64,000 nucleotides of DNA from a virus (lineage: Duplodnaviria; Caudoviricetes), in IMG/VR virus record IMGVR_UViG_3300035498_000778, positions 32,001-96,000 of that record; one strand, written 5' to 3'. Position numbers and translations under genes: made by a program. This document shows, piece after piece, positions 1 through 8,964 of the stretch (position 1 is its first letter; every line of letters starts with the position of its first letter). The notes under the pieces were generated by a model. That model saw nothing but the letters and a program-made list of their open reading frames with translations, had not been told where the DNA came from and did no database searches.

Positions 1-1
1 T

Positions 2-1042
2 GAGGCATCTAATGCATTCGACATTTCTATGATGAAGGTTGAATCTTTTTATGAAGCCGCTATGAGAGAATGTAACATTAAGCGTGCAGAGGCTGACCTA
101 TGCTATGCCACAGAATCTGTAGGGGACTATGAATATAGTTACATGTACGAAGATGCAGGTAATGGATTAGCTGACAGATTTGTCACTGCAGTAAAGAAGA
201 TTATCGAATCCATAAAGGAATTCTTCGCTAAGTTAAAGGAAAAGGTTATGGCTTTGTATAGAGATAGTAAGATCTCTGCTCTAGTATCTAAGGCTAAGGA
301 AAAGCTACGTAAGAATCCTATTCTTGCAAGAAAGAAGGCTCCTGAGACTATATCAAACCTAGCAGTCATAATCGAAGTATATGAAGATGAAGAGAGAGTT
401 CTTAATAGAGAAGCAGCAGTTGCTAGTACTGATAATTTTGATGAGGATGAATTTGATGAGCATCGCCAAAAGTTCCAGATTGAGGCTGATAAGGCTGAAG
501 AAGAAGAAATTGAAGTAACTGTCGATGAAGCCGTGGACGAGCTTGATGATGGAATTAAGATTATGGACAAGGTTGTTAATGAATCTAAGTCTGTACAGGA
601 TTCTATTAAATCTAAGGCTGACAAGGTTAAGGAAGTAGCTTCTGATACAGCTAATAAGGTGCTAAAGGTATTAAAGGCTATAGCTAGCACTGTCAAAGCT
701 AAGGCAAAAGCAGTCGTTGCAGCCGTTACAGACATGGCAAGAAAGGTTGCTAAGTTTATTAAGGGTGCCTTAGAAGTAGCAGATGATGCAGTCCATGCTG
801 GTCTAGAAGGAATAGACGCTGGTGCTAGCAATTATGCCGGTTACAGAAAGGCTAAAAGATCAGTAAAGCGTGGTGTGCGTACTGCTCAGCGTAGTTACAA
901 TACGCGTAGAAGTGAGCGTGCAGCATCTTTGAGTGAATCTACATTTGATTGTGATGGTTATCTAGATTATCTAATGGGTAATATTAATGAAAGTACATCA
1001 TATGATTGTGATGATTTCGATATAGATTCATTTTTAGACTAA
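2..1042 (+). CDS. Putative internal head/virion protein of the paralogous family, 5' end probably outside the window
   Basis: Frame is open from position 2. Hydrophobic-x-E sites (FYE, MYE) precede the amphipathic helix LADRFVTAVKKIIESIKEFFAKLKEKV shared with other family members. Confidence 0.55.
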   Translation, partial: EASNAFDISMMKVESFYEAAMRECNIKRAEADLCYATESVGDYEYSYMYEDAGNGLADRFVTAVKKIIESIKEFFAKLKEKVMALYRDSKISALVSKAKEKLRKNPILARKKAPETISNLAVIIEVYEDEERVLNREAAVASTDNFDEDEFDEHRQKFQIEADKAEEEEIEVTVDEAVDELDDGIKIMDKVVNESKSVQDSIKSKADKVKEVASDTANKVLKVLKAIASTVKAKAKAVVAAVTDMARKVAKFIKGALEVADDAVHAGLEGIDAGASNYAGYRKAKRSVKRGVRTAQRSYNTRRSERAASLSESTFDCDGYLDYLMGNINESTSYDCDDFDIDSFLD

Positions 1043-1052
1043 ATGAATATTG

Positions 1053-1087
1053 AAAATGGACGCGAATTATTGTTTCGCGTCCATTTT
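1053..1087 (+). terminator. Intrinsic terminator-like hairpin
   Basis: AAAATGGACGCGAA / TTCGCGTCCATTTT inverted repeat just after the stop codon. Confidence 0.7.
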
Positions 1088-1115
1088 ATCTTTTTATGAA
1101 AAAGGAGTGAATCAC

Positions 1116-2183
1116 ATGGATGAATGTCTATTTTGGTTAGAAAAAGCCAATGAAAGAGCTGAGGATTATATTGAATTGTCCTATACTCAAGCTTTTTATG
1201 AAGCAGATGACAGTGATACTAATAAAGCGAACGATAAGACCGAAAAAGACACAAATACATTTATCGGTAATGCTGCTAGAGCAGTAATAAAAATGATTGA
1301 AAATCTGATATCCAGTATACGAATATGGATTAAAAAGCATTTTAGTATAAAACATATAAATGATGTTAGAACTGCCATTAAGAACGCCGGTAAAGAAAAT
1401 GAGAGTGTAAAAGTTATTGATTCGAAGAAAGTAAACGCTGTCTACTCTGAGGCTATTAAAAAAGTAGAGGAAGAACAAAAGAAAGCTGTACAAGAAGCAG
1501 AGAGTATGAGTGAATCTAATACCGATGAAGCTGACACAGGTGTTGATGATAGTGGGAACTTTATTACTGGTATAGAAAATATGCTTTCTGAAAAACTACA
1601 AGGATTGGGAAAAGATTTGGGAGACGTTGCAAAAGTGGCACCCGCATGGACTACAACATTAGTTGCGGATGTAGCACTAAAGAACGCGATTAATGATGAG
1701 GGCACCGCTGAGGCATATCTTAGAATTCTCGAGTCTGATAAAAAGTTGATGGAAAAGCTGGAGCAACAACTTGGTAAAGCGCAAGCGAAGAAGTTTAAAA
1801 AGCAGATAAAATCCTGCACTAAGGCTATATCTCTAACTAGATTCGCTGCAAAGCTAAGAGGTGAATGTTTTAATTGCGAAGCTGATATAATATCTACTAC
1901 TATCGATGATGTTTCAAAGATAGTTAGTGCGCCAGTATCAGGAGCGGTCGGAGATTTTGTTAAGGGTAATAATATAACTCAGGATGGTAAAGATAGGACT
2001 CGTCGTGCATATTTACGTAGCAAGCTGGCATCCAATCCTCAAACTAAAAAAGGTGTGAAGGGACTTGTTAAAGGTGCTAATAGTGCTCGTAAGGCATATA
2101 ATTCAGCCAAGTTTTACGGTGATGGTGAAGGCAAAATTACAGCAGGTAATTTATTTAAGTCTATGCTCGGTGATAACGAATAA
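1116..2183 (+). CDS. Putative internal head/virion protein of the paralogous family
   Basis: AAAGGAG SD before ATG 1116. FYE-A site, then helix FIGNAARAVIKMIENLISSIRIWIKK. Confidence 0.5.
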   Translation: MDECLFWLEKANERAEDYIELSYTQAFYEADDSDTNKANDKTEKDTNTFIGNAARAVIKMIENLISSIRIWIKKHFSIKHINDVRTAIKNAGKENESVKVIDSKKVNAVYSEAIKKVEEEQKKAVQEAESMSESNTDEADTGVDDSGNFITGIENMLSEKLQGLGKDLGDVAKVAPAWTTTLVADVALKNAINDEGTAEAYLRILESDKKLMEKLEQQLGKAQAKKFKKQIKSCTKAISLTRFAAKLRGECFNCEADIISTTIDDVSKIVSAPVSGAVGDFVKGNNITQDGKDRTRRAYLRSKLASNPQTKKGVKGLVKGANSARKAYNSAKFYGDGEGKITAGNLFKSMLGDNE

Positions 2184-2216
2184 TGTAAGAAGAGGGTTTT
2201 ACCTCTTCTTACATTA
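2181..2216 (+). terminator. Terminator hairpin
   Basis: TAATGTAAGAAGAGG / CCTCTTCTTACATTA. Confidence 0.7.
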
Positions 2217-2224
2217 TATGGCGA

Positions 2225-2236
2225 AACAATTTAATA
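2225..2236 (+). promoter_or_regulatory. Late (nvRNAP-type) promoter AACA-N6-TA
   Basis: AACA-ATTTAA-TA between a terminator and an SD; the same motif precedes more than 20 genes. Confidence 0.7.
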
Positions 2237-2266
2237 AAATTAGAATAAGAAAAAGGAGTGATATTT

Positions 2267-3760
2267 ATGCGTACAAATTCGAAGTTTATACATGAATTTG
2301 ATGAATATGCACAAATAGCTTTAGCTACAGAGTCAGCTGATAGGATAGTGAATGAGGCGTTAGCAAACTGTTACAGAGCGGAAAAAAGAGCAAAGTACAG
2401 CGCAATGTTTGAGAACACCGATTCTTCATATATAGTAGAAGAAGCCAAGCAAGGTCTATTCGAGAAGATTGGCGACGCTATTAAAAGTTTAATCGCTAAT
2501 GTAGTTGATGCTGTAAAGAGCTTATTTTCGAAAATAAAGGGTAATGGTAGCCCTGCTAATGATACAATATCGGAAGCTAAAAAGATTCTTAATGAACACC
2601 CAGAATCGAAGGATGAATTGTTATCAGGATTGGAAGAAGGAAAATATGATATTGGTGATCTTGAAAAACTAAGAAAGGGTTACCAAGAGTGTACCGAACT
2701 TCTAGCTGAAGAGAAAATAGATACCTCAACATTCAAAGGAAAAATCCAAGCTCTTTTAAAGAAGTTTGACAAAGAACCACAAACGGTTGTTAGAGCAAAG
2801 AATTTTGCGGCGACTGTTGGAGTGGCAGTCACGTTATTGGGCCTTATATCAAAAACCCAAAAAGAAACCACTAATATCGCTGACACAGTCAATTCCATGA
2901 AGGAAAGGTTTCATCGTACTTTATCAAAAGAGGGTGATGATGGAACACAACAGTCTGTATTGGCAGCATTTTATGATGCCTCTAAGTTAATATTAAATAA
3001 ATCTGCGAGTGAAAGTGTAAAGCGTGGAAAGTTATTTACAGTTGTTGATAACTTCCTAAAGAAAGTAGTCAATAAATATTCTAAAACAGATTCAACGAAA
3101 CAAGAAGCATCTAGGGAAAAGCACAGACAAGCTGCAAATTCTTATTTACCTAACGCTAGAGATATAATGCTTCTTGAGAAGGAAATAGGTAGGATACAAT
3201 CAGAAATTAAAGAAACTACCGATCCAGACAAAGTAGAAAAACTAAAACGTGATTTAGAAAGAACCGAGACTCGTCTAAGAGAGATTAATAGACATCAGTT
3301 CACTGTTATTGATGACTTGATGGCGGATTCTGAAAAGAACGAAGGTGCCATAGCGCGAAAAGAAGCAGAATTAAAACGTAGGGAAAAAGAGATAGCGCGA
3401 AAAGAAGCAGAGGTTAGTAAACTATTAGCAGACGCACGACGTAAGTCTGCCGCTGCTGATAAACTAGTTAGAAAAAAACAGGCAATCGTCACCAGTGGAA
3501 AGAAAGATGCCATTAAAAATTATATCAGTGATTGTGAAAACGATATGATTGTCATTAATGGAGTAATCGATGATCTAAAAGACATTCGACAGGCTTTGAA
3601 CGCCATTTTGGGACGTAAAAAGGTTAGGAGCGATAAAGATCATGGCATACAAGAAGCTATTGGTAAGATCACCACTGAAATCGGTATAGCATCAGCAAGA
3701 TACAATCAACTAGTTGATAGTCGTAATGAAGCCAAGAAGGCTTTGAGTAAATTATCTTAA
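2267..3760 (+). CDS. Putative internal head/virion coiled-coil protein of the paralogous family
   Basis: VEE-A then GLFEKIGDAIKSLIANVVDAVKSLFSKIKG; coiled coil with a repeated IARKEAE; late promoter. Confidence 0.55.
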   Translation: MRTNSKFIHEFDEYAQIALATESADRIVNEALANCYRAEKRAKYSAMFENTDSSYIVEEAKQGLFEKIGDAIKSLIANVVDAVKSLFSKIKGNGSPANDTISEAKKILNEHPESKDELLSGLEEGKYDIGDLEKLRKGYQECTELLAEEKIDTSTFKGKIQALLKKFDKEPQTVVRAKNFAATVGVAVTLLGLISKTQKETTNIADTVNSMKERFHRTLSKEGDDGTQQSVLAAFYDASKLILNKSASESVKRGKLFTVVDNFLKKVVNKYSKTDSTKQEASREKHRQAANSYLPNARDIMLLEKEIGRIQSEIKETTDPDKVEKLKRDLERTETRLREINRHQFTVIDDLMADSEKNEGAIARKEAELKRREKEIARKEAEVSKLLADARRKSAAADKLVRKKQAIVTSGKKDAIKNYISDCENDMIVINGVIDDLKDIRQALNAILGRKKVRSDKDHGIQEAIGKITTEIGIASARYNQLVDSRNEAKKALSKLS

Positions 3761-3777
3761 TTGCGAGGTGATAATAA

Positions 3778-6700
3778 ATGATAAAAATCGCAGACTATAC
3801 GCAAAATAATATGTTCGAACTAATTTCCTTGTATAAGGATATAGATAGGAACATCTGCACAACAGGATTTAAGAATGCGTGTTATGGCATCAACGAATCT
3901 GCGTTAGATTCTATCATGTCATATAGCGTAGAACACATGGATTTTTCCAAGCCATTGAATTCATCTATTGAAAATTTGATGACCATAGAAGATACGGATG
4001 ATCTTGTATTATTCTATGAGAATATAGTTTCATCGTTCAATCTTAACAATAGACCGATTACCGTAGGTTTAATGGATACTGATGCTATATCCAAGATACG
4101 TCCACAATACCTAAATTTATATGTTAGAGAATTGAATAAGACATTTAAGAAATGGGCTGCAGGTTCTATTAAGGCAGACACAGTAGATATGGAACGTGTT
4201 AAAACGATATGTATGAAATTGGCTGATAAGACTAAGAAACAAGTTGTATGTACAACACTACCTAGTGCAGAAGCTTTGATGCTTCAAACACGTAATCCGG
4301 ATATGTTCACAGCAGACGCTGATTTCATATCTAACATTACAGTCCCATTTGTTCGTAACTTTAATATAGTTAAAGGCCAATTAATAAATGAGGCGCAGGA
4401 TATTCTAAGAGCTACGAATATGGTCAAAGATCAACTTCAATCTCTTACGGAGGCAGGTTCAAAGTTAAAACTGGACCCTGAAACAAAGAGATTATTTGAT
4501 TTTTATGTGTTTAATACCGTAAAGTTTTCATATGATATGATGACGTATATAGTTTCAATGACCATTCAGAGAATTGGTGCGTATGTTTACAACATGAATA
4601 CATTTTGTAAGTTGTATAATACGATTCATAACTTCTACCCAGAAGGCTCCAGAATACTACACGAGAATGCAATAGACAGTGGTCTTGATGACTTAGATGA
4701 CACAACTTTAATGAACGCTATGATATATAATGACACAACGTTTTTATATCCAATGATACACCAATGTCTTGATAGAAATAGCTTTGAGGCCGATCATCTA
4801 ACTAGATATGTAAATACTGATGATATCATTGATAATATCAATGGATATGATTGTGATGGTGAATATGATAAAAATTGCTATGAACAAACACTTGCTGTTT
4901 TAAAAATAGTAAATGAAAAAATGCGTGGCATGTATGAAGCGTCTAAGGATCCAAACATGACCGTTGATGATATCATAAATCGATCTGGTGCTAACGATGC
5001 GTTTACTGACAAGTTTGGACCTCTAGTAGCGGCTATTCCCGATACAAGCGCATATACAAGGGATCTAAATTCTGATAATGGTAGTCCACAAGCGGCTTTA
5101 AAAATGATAAAGACTGAACTAGCTAATTATGATACAAATATTTCGAAAATCGCAGCTGCATGCCAAGCTATATACAAGAATATATCCAGCATGCAGAAAT
5201 CTTACAAATACAATGTAAATGGTCAATTCGGATCTTCTGAACAAGCCGATGAACTTCTACAGTTTGCTGATGAATTTGAGCAACAGATTAAAGATATATC
5301 TATTAATCTTATTAAGGCATTCATTCAGAGACTCAAAGGCTTAAAGGGAGCTATGGAATCTATTGACGTTTTTCAGGAAAAAGTATGTTTGCCTATTGCT
5401 GTATACGATCGTGATGACGAATATTTAATAGAGGCTTATAATTCTATAATTGAAGAGAAAACCATTTTAGAGCGTGGTGCTTTTGAGTCATTATTGATGG
5501 ATTACAACTCTTATAGATCAAAAGTGGAACGTGGTGTAGAACTAGTATATGAAGCTAATACCAATGAAAAGAAAAACGATAATGATACTGATAAGAAAAA
5601 TGCTAGTAACGATAAATCTAGTGACAAGTCGGATGATAGTACCGATAATCCACAGGTTAATATATCATCTAATACCGATCAACAAAACGAGACTGATACT
5701 AATAATAGTGACAAGAATACTGGTGATCAGAACAACAGTAATACTACTGATAATTCAAATAACGACAATAACCAACAAGGCAAGACTGATGCTAAGCCAT
5801 CTGATACGAATAATTCCAATAATCAGAATAATTCTCAGTCTAATGCTCAAAATAATACCAATAACACAACTGATAACAACTCTCAAAATAATCAAAACAA
5901 GAAGGGTATTATTAGAGAAGCTTTAGATAAGTTTATGAAGTTTGTCAAAGATTTAATAAACAAGTTTAAAGGTAAGGTTAAGAAACTTGGTCCTAAGGCT
6001 AACTATGTCAAAAACAACAAGGATAAGATATTAAATGCTATTAATGAGAAAACATCACTAAAATTGCAACCATATTATCCTGCGTTTGATTATAAACGCT
6101 TCGTGGCAGACATGAAAACATTTGAAAATAATATAAAAAGTAAAGCTATTGAATCTGCCAAGAAATCTCAGGGAGAGTTCAGATCAGATATATTTGGTTT
6201 CATATCTACTAAACAAATAGGCAATTTCACTTTGGAAAATGATTTTGGTAAATTTATAATGGCGTATTATTCTTCAGGAAATAATATAGACGACTTCGAA
6301 AAAGGTCGTGTCGTAACGGGCGATGCGTTGAAGAATGATATGACTAATGAAATAGAATATATATCCAACTATGAGACTATATGTAGTGAAGTTGCTAATA
6401 CTTGTAACAGAATATTAAGATATATTGATGCAGAATTTGCTAATAAACTGGGTATTGAACCTAGTAATACGAATAATAATACACAGAATAATAGCAATAC
6501 AAATAATAATGCTACTGATAATAATAACAATACACAGAATAATAGTCAGAATACAAATGAGTCTGTAATACTTAACGAATCTGTTTTGTTCGAAGACGGA
6601 GAGCAGACTAATAGTAATGACAATAATAATTCCGAAGAAAGTATTATTAGCAAGGTTACTGGGGATGTTAGAGTCTTCGGAACGACCATCCTTACTGTTT

Positions 6701-6936
6701 TGGAAAAGCGTTTTATGAATGATACTAAGATTATGTATACTATTTTGAATGGCGGCGAACAGTCTAATAATCAAAATAACAATAATGACAATAATAATGC
6801 TAACAATTCCAACAACAGTTCAAACAACGATAATAACAATAACGACAATAATAATGACAATAACTCTAATAACGACCAGTCTAATAATCAAACTAATGAT
6901 AACAGTAATTCTAACAATCAAAACAATAATAATTAA
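3778..6936 (+). CDS. Large putative virion (internal head) protein with three Asn-rich low-complexity tracts
   Basis: 1052 aa. Internal VYE-A site followed by an N-rich linker and helix GIIREALDKFMKFVKDLINKFKGK. Confidence 0.55.
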   Translation: MIKIADYTQNNMFELISLYKDIDRNICTTGFKNACYGINESALDSIMSYSVEHMDFSKPLNSSIENLMTIEDTDDLVLFYENIVSSFNLNNRPITVGLMDTDAISKIRPQYLNLYVRELNKTFKKWAAGSIKADTVDMERVKTICMKLADKTKKQVVCTTLPSAEALMLQTRNPDMFTADADFISNITVPFVRNFNIVKGQLINEAQDILRATNMVKDQLQSLTEAGSKLKLDPETKRLFDFYVFNTVKFSYDMMTYIVSMTIQRIGAYVYNMNTFCKLYNTIHNFYPEGSRILHENAIDSGLDDLDDTTLMNAMIYNDTTFLYPMIHQCLDRNSFEADHLTRYVNTDDIIDNINGYDCDGEYDKNCYEQTLAVLKIVNEKMRGMYEASKDPNMTVDDIINRSGANDAFTDKFGPLVAAIPDTSAYTRDLNSDNGSPQAALKMIKTELANYDTNISKIAAACQAIYKNISSMQKSYKYNVNGQFGSSEQADELLQFADEFEQQIKDISINLIKAFIQRLKGLKGAMESIDVFQEKVCLPIAVYDRDDEYLIEAYNSIIEEKTILERGAFESLLMDYNSYRSKVERGVELVYEANTNEKKNDNDTDKKNASNDKSSDKSDDSTDNPQVNISSNTDQQNETDTNNSDKNTGDQNNSNTTDNSNNDNNQQGKTDAKPSDTNNSNNQNNSQSNAQNNTNNTTDNNSQNNQNKKGIIREALDKFMKFVKDLINKFKGKVKKLGPKANYVKNNKDKILNAINEKTSLKLQPYYPAFDYKRFVADMKTFENNIKSKAIESAKKSQGEFRSDIFGFISTKQIGNFTLENDFGKFIMAYYSSGNNIDDFEKGRVVTGDALKNDMTNEIEYISNYETICSEVANTCNRILRYIDAEFANKLGIEPSNTNNNTQNNSNTNNNATDNNNNTQNNSQNTNESVILNESVLFEDGEQTNSNDNNNSEESIISKVTGDVRVFGTTILTVLEKRFMNDTKIMYTILNGGEQSNNQNNNNDNNNANNSNNSSNNDNNNNDNNNDNNSNNDQSNNQTNDNSNSNNQNNNN

Positions 6937-6967
6937 TTAAGTATTAATATAGATATAAAGATGGCAT

Positions 6968-7003
6968 TTTAAGATAGAGAGGGCTAATCCTCTCTATCTT
7001 AAA
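6968..7003 (+). terminator. Terminator hairpin
   Basis: TTTAAGATAGAGAGG / CCTCTCTATCTTAAA. Confidence 0.7.
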
Positions 7004-7021
7004 TATCTAACGTAAAATTTA

Positions 7022-7034
7022 ATTATATATTATA
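7022..7034 (+). promoter_or_regulatory. Early (vRNAP-type) promoter ATTATATATTATA
   Basis: One of 11 intergenic copies; resembles the phiKZ/AR9 early TATATTA core. Confidence 0.75.
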
Positions 7035-7225
7035 ATTGTGAATAAGATAAAATAATCAACAATATATTGGTTTTAAAAAGGAGGTATCAATACCAATGTC
7101 AAATTCACAGTACAAGTCTAATGCATACATTTTTAGTAAATTAAGTAATAATCTCGGTGTTGAACAGAGATTAAATAATAATAACGCATGGGCGTTTGAA
7201 TTAATGTGTTTAATGGAGGATAAGC

Positions 7226-7510
7226 ATGAAGAAAAAAACTGTAATTTCAGAGTTGAAAGAGTACACACCAACAAGTATACAACCTTACGTAGAGCTAGCT
7301 GAGGTTTTAATAAATAATGAGCATGTGCAGCGTGCTGCTAGTAAAATAGGTGAAAGTATTCTAGGTAAGTACGAAGATAACAATGAGACAAGATCCGTGT
7401 CGGATTTTGTTTATGGTAATTATGTTTCAAAAAAGAAAGTCAAGAAATTAAAGAAACATAAAAAGAATTCAACTTGGTATTCAGTACATGATGATAGAGA
7501 TATCATATAA
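7226..7510 (+). CDS. Small early protein with Lys-rich C-terminus
   Basis: GGGAGG SD; followed by a terminator at 7521-7547. Confidence 0.6.
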   Translation: MKKKTVISELKEYTPTSIQPYVELAEVLINNEHVQRAASKIGESILGKYEDNNETRSVSDFVYGNYVSKKKVKKLKKHKKNSTWYSVHDDRDII

Positions 7511-7600
7511 ACCCATAGTAAAAAGATGGATATGATCCATCTTTTTTCTCCTGAAAACGAATAAACAGTAACATAACAACTTATGAAAGGAGTTTTTAAT

Positions 7601-8869
7601 ATGGTCAAAACATATAGTATTAAGGCTAAGGAACGTAAAGTAGAAGCTGTAGGTGGTAAATATTGTGTAGTCGAAAATATGGGCGATAGCACAGTATTTA
7701 TTTCTACAACGAGTAATATTGTTCCTAGCGCTGCAGGTGTTATAGCGATTGGTCCAAAGAGTGTTAAGTCTTTGATTGTTGATCCTCAGTACAAGTGGAG
7801 TTCTGCTGAACTTGCATTTGACTGGGTAGCTGATTTGTATGTTACATCAACTGATACAACAACAATCGAAGTTTCCGCAAGTGTAGAAAATTGCTATGCT
7901 TATATTGTAAACGGCGATTATGATACATCTGCACTAATAAACGACAACGCATCATCTGTCGAAACCGCATTTGAAATCAAGTTAACACAAGATATTGTTA
8001 GAGCTTTTGAAATTGCAGAAGGTGATAGTATGACTATCGACCTTAATGGTACAACATTATCAAACAAGGAAAATCAAAAGACTATAATTAACTCTGGTAC
8101 GCTTGTTATTAAGGACACATCAAGTGACAAGTCAGGTGTAATACAAAGTAATAGTAAGAAGACTGCTGTAATTCAAAATACAAGCACAGGTAGAATAATC
8201 ATCGAGAGTGGCGTGATTGAGCACACTATCGAAGATCCGGGTTGCTATACTATAGATAATGCTGGTATTCTCGAAATCAATGGCGGTACTGTTAGAGCTT
8301 CCAGTGGCAATGGATCACTGATTAGGAACATAGGTCCTAACGCAAAGACTATCGTTAATGGTGGTTTACTAACTAATAAGTGGATTACACTTAAGAACGA
8401 TGACGAAGGAACAATCATTGTTAATGGCGGTACTATTGAAACTACAGCTGCTGGTGGTAGTGGAATACAAAACTGGGGCACAGCAACTATTAATGGTGGT
8501 AAGATCACTTCCGTTGATGGTTCTGCAGCTATATATCAGCTAACATGGTCAGATGATTATGCTTCTAATCTAGTATTTAATAACGGAACTGTTAATGGTA
8601 CTGTTATGGTTAGACAGTACACAGACTACACAGGTTCACAAGTTCCTAAGTTCGTACTTAATGATGGATCTATCAATGGTGATGTTCTTCTAGGTAACAA
8701 CGAAGGTAGTGTATATGGTATTGCTGAATTTGAAGTTAATGGTGGTACTATCAACGGTGAAGTCTTTACTTATGATAACAATAACGATGATGGTAGAGAA
8801 AATATCATTACTGTTAATGCAGGATCAATTCTTTTAAATGGTAAGACAGTTTCTGCAGGAAATGAATAA
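7601..8869 (+). CDS. Beta-helix-like repeat protein, possible virion surface or adhesin protein
   Basis: Repeated (I/V)NGG(T/K)(I/V) units; late promoter 7564-7575; AAAGGAG SD. Confidence 0.5.
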   Translation: MVKTYSIKAKERKVEAVGGKYCVVENMGDSTVFISTTSNIVPSAAGVIAIGPKSVKSLIVDPQYKWSSAELAFDWVADLYVTSTDTTTIEVSASVENCYAYIVNGDYDTSALINDNASSVETAFEIKLTQDIVRAFEIAEGDSMTIDLNGTTLSNKENQKTIINSGTLVIKDTSSDKSGVIQSNSKKTAVIQNTSTGRIIIESGVIEHTIEDPGCYTIDNAGILEINGGTVRASSGNGSLIRNIGPNAKTIVNGGLLTNKWITLKNDDEGTIIVNGGTIETTAAGGSGIQNWGTATINGGKITSVDGSAAIYQLTWSDDYASNLVFNNGTVNGTVMVRQYTDYTGSQVPKFVLNDGSINGDVLLGNNEGSVYGIAEFEVNGGTINGEVFTYDNNNDDGRENIITVNAGSILLNGKTVSAGNE

Positions 8870-8964
8870 ATATATTATACGAAGAGGAATAAACCTCTTC
8901 GTATTTTGTTATTTTTAATTATCATTTTACAATTAGATAATAAATCAGAAAAGGAGATTGAAAT

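Noticed and set aside
7096-7302. 68-aa ORF after the early promoter
   Set aside because: It has an SD-like sequence but overlaps 7226..7510 by 77 nt and shows no recognisable features; left unresolved
8325-8333. GGAACATAG, the complement of the leader motif
   Set aside because: A 9-nt match inside a coding region, compatible with chance
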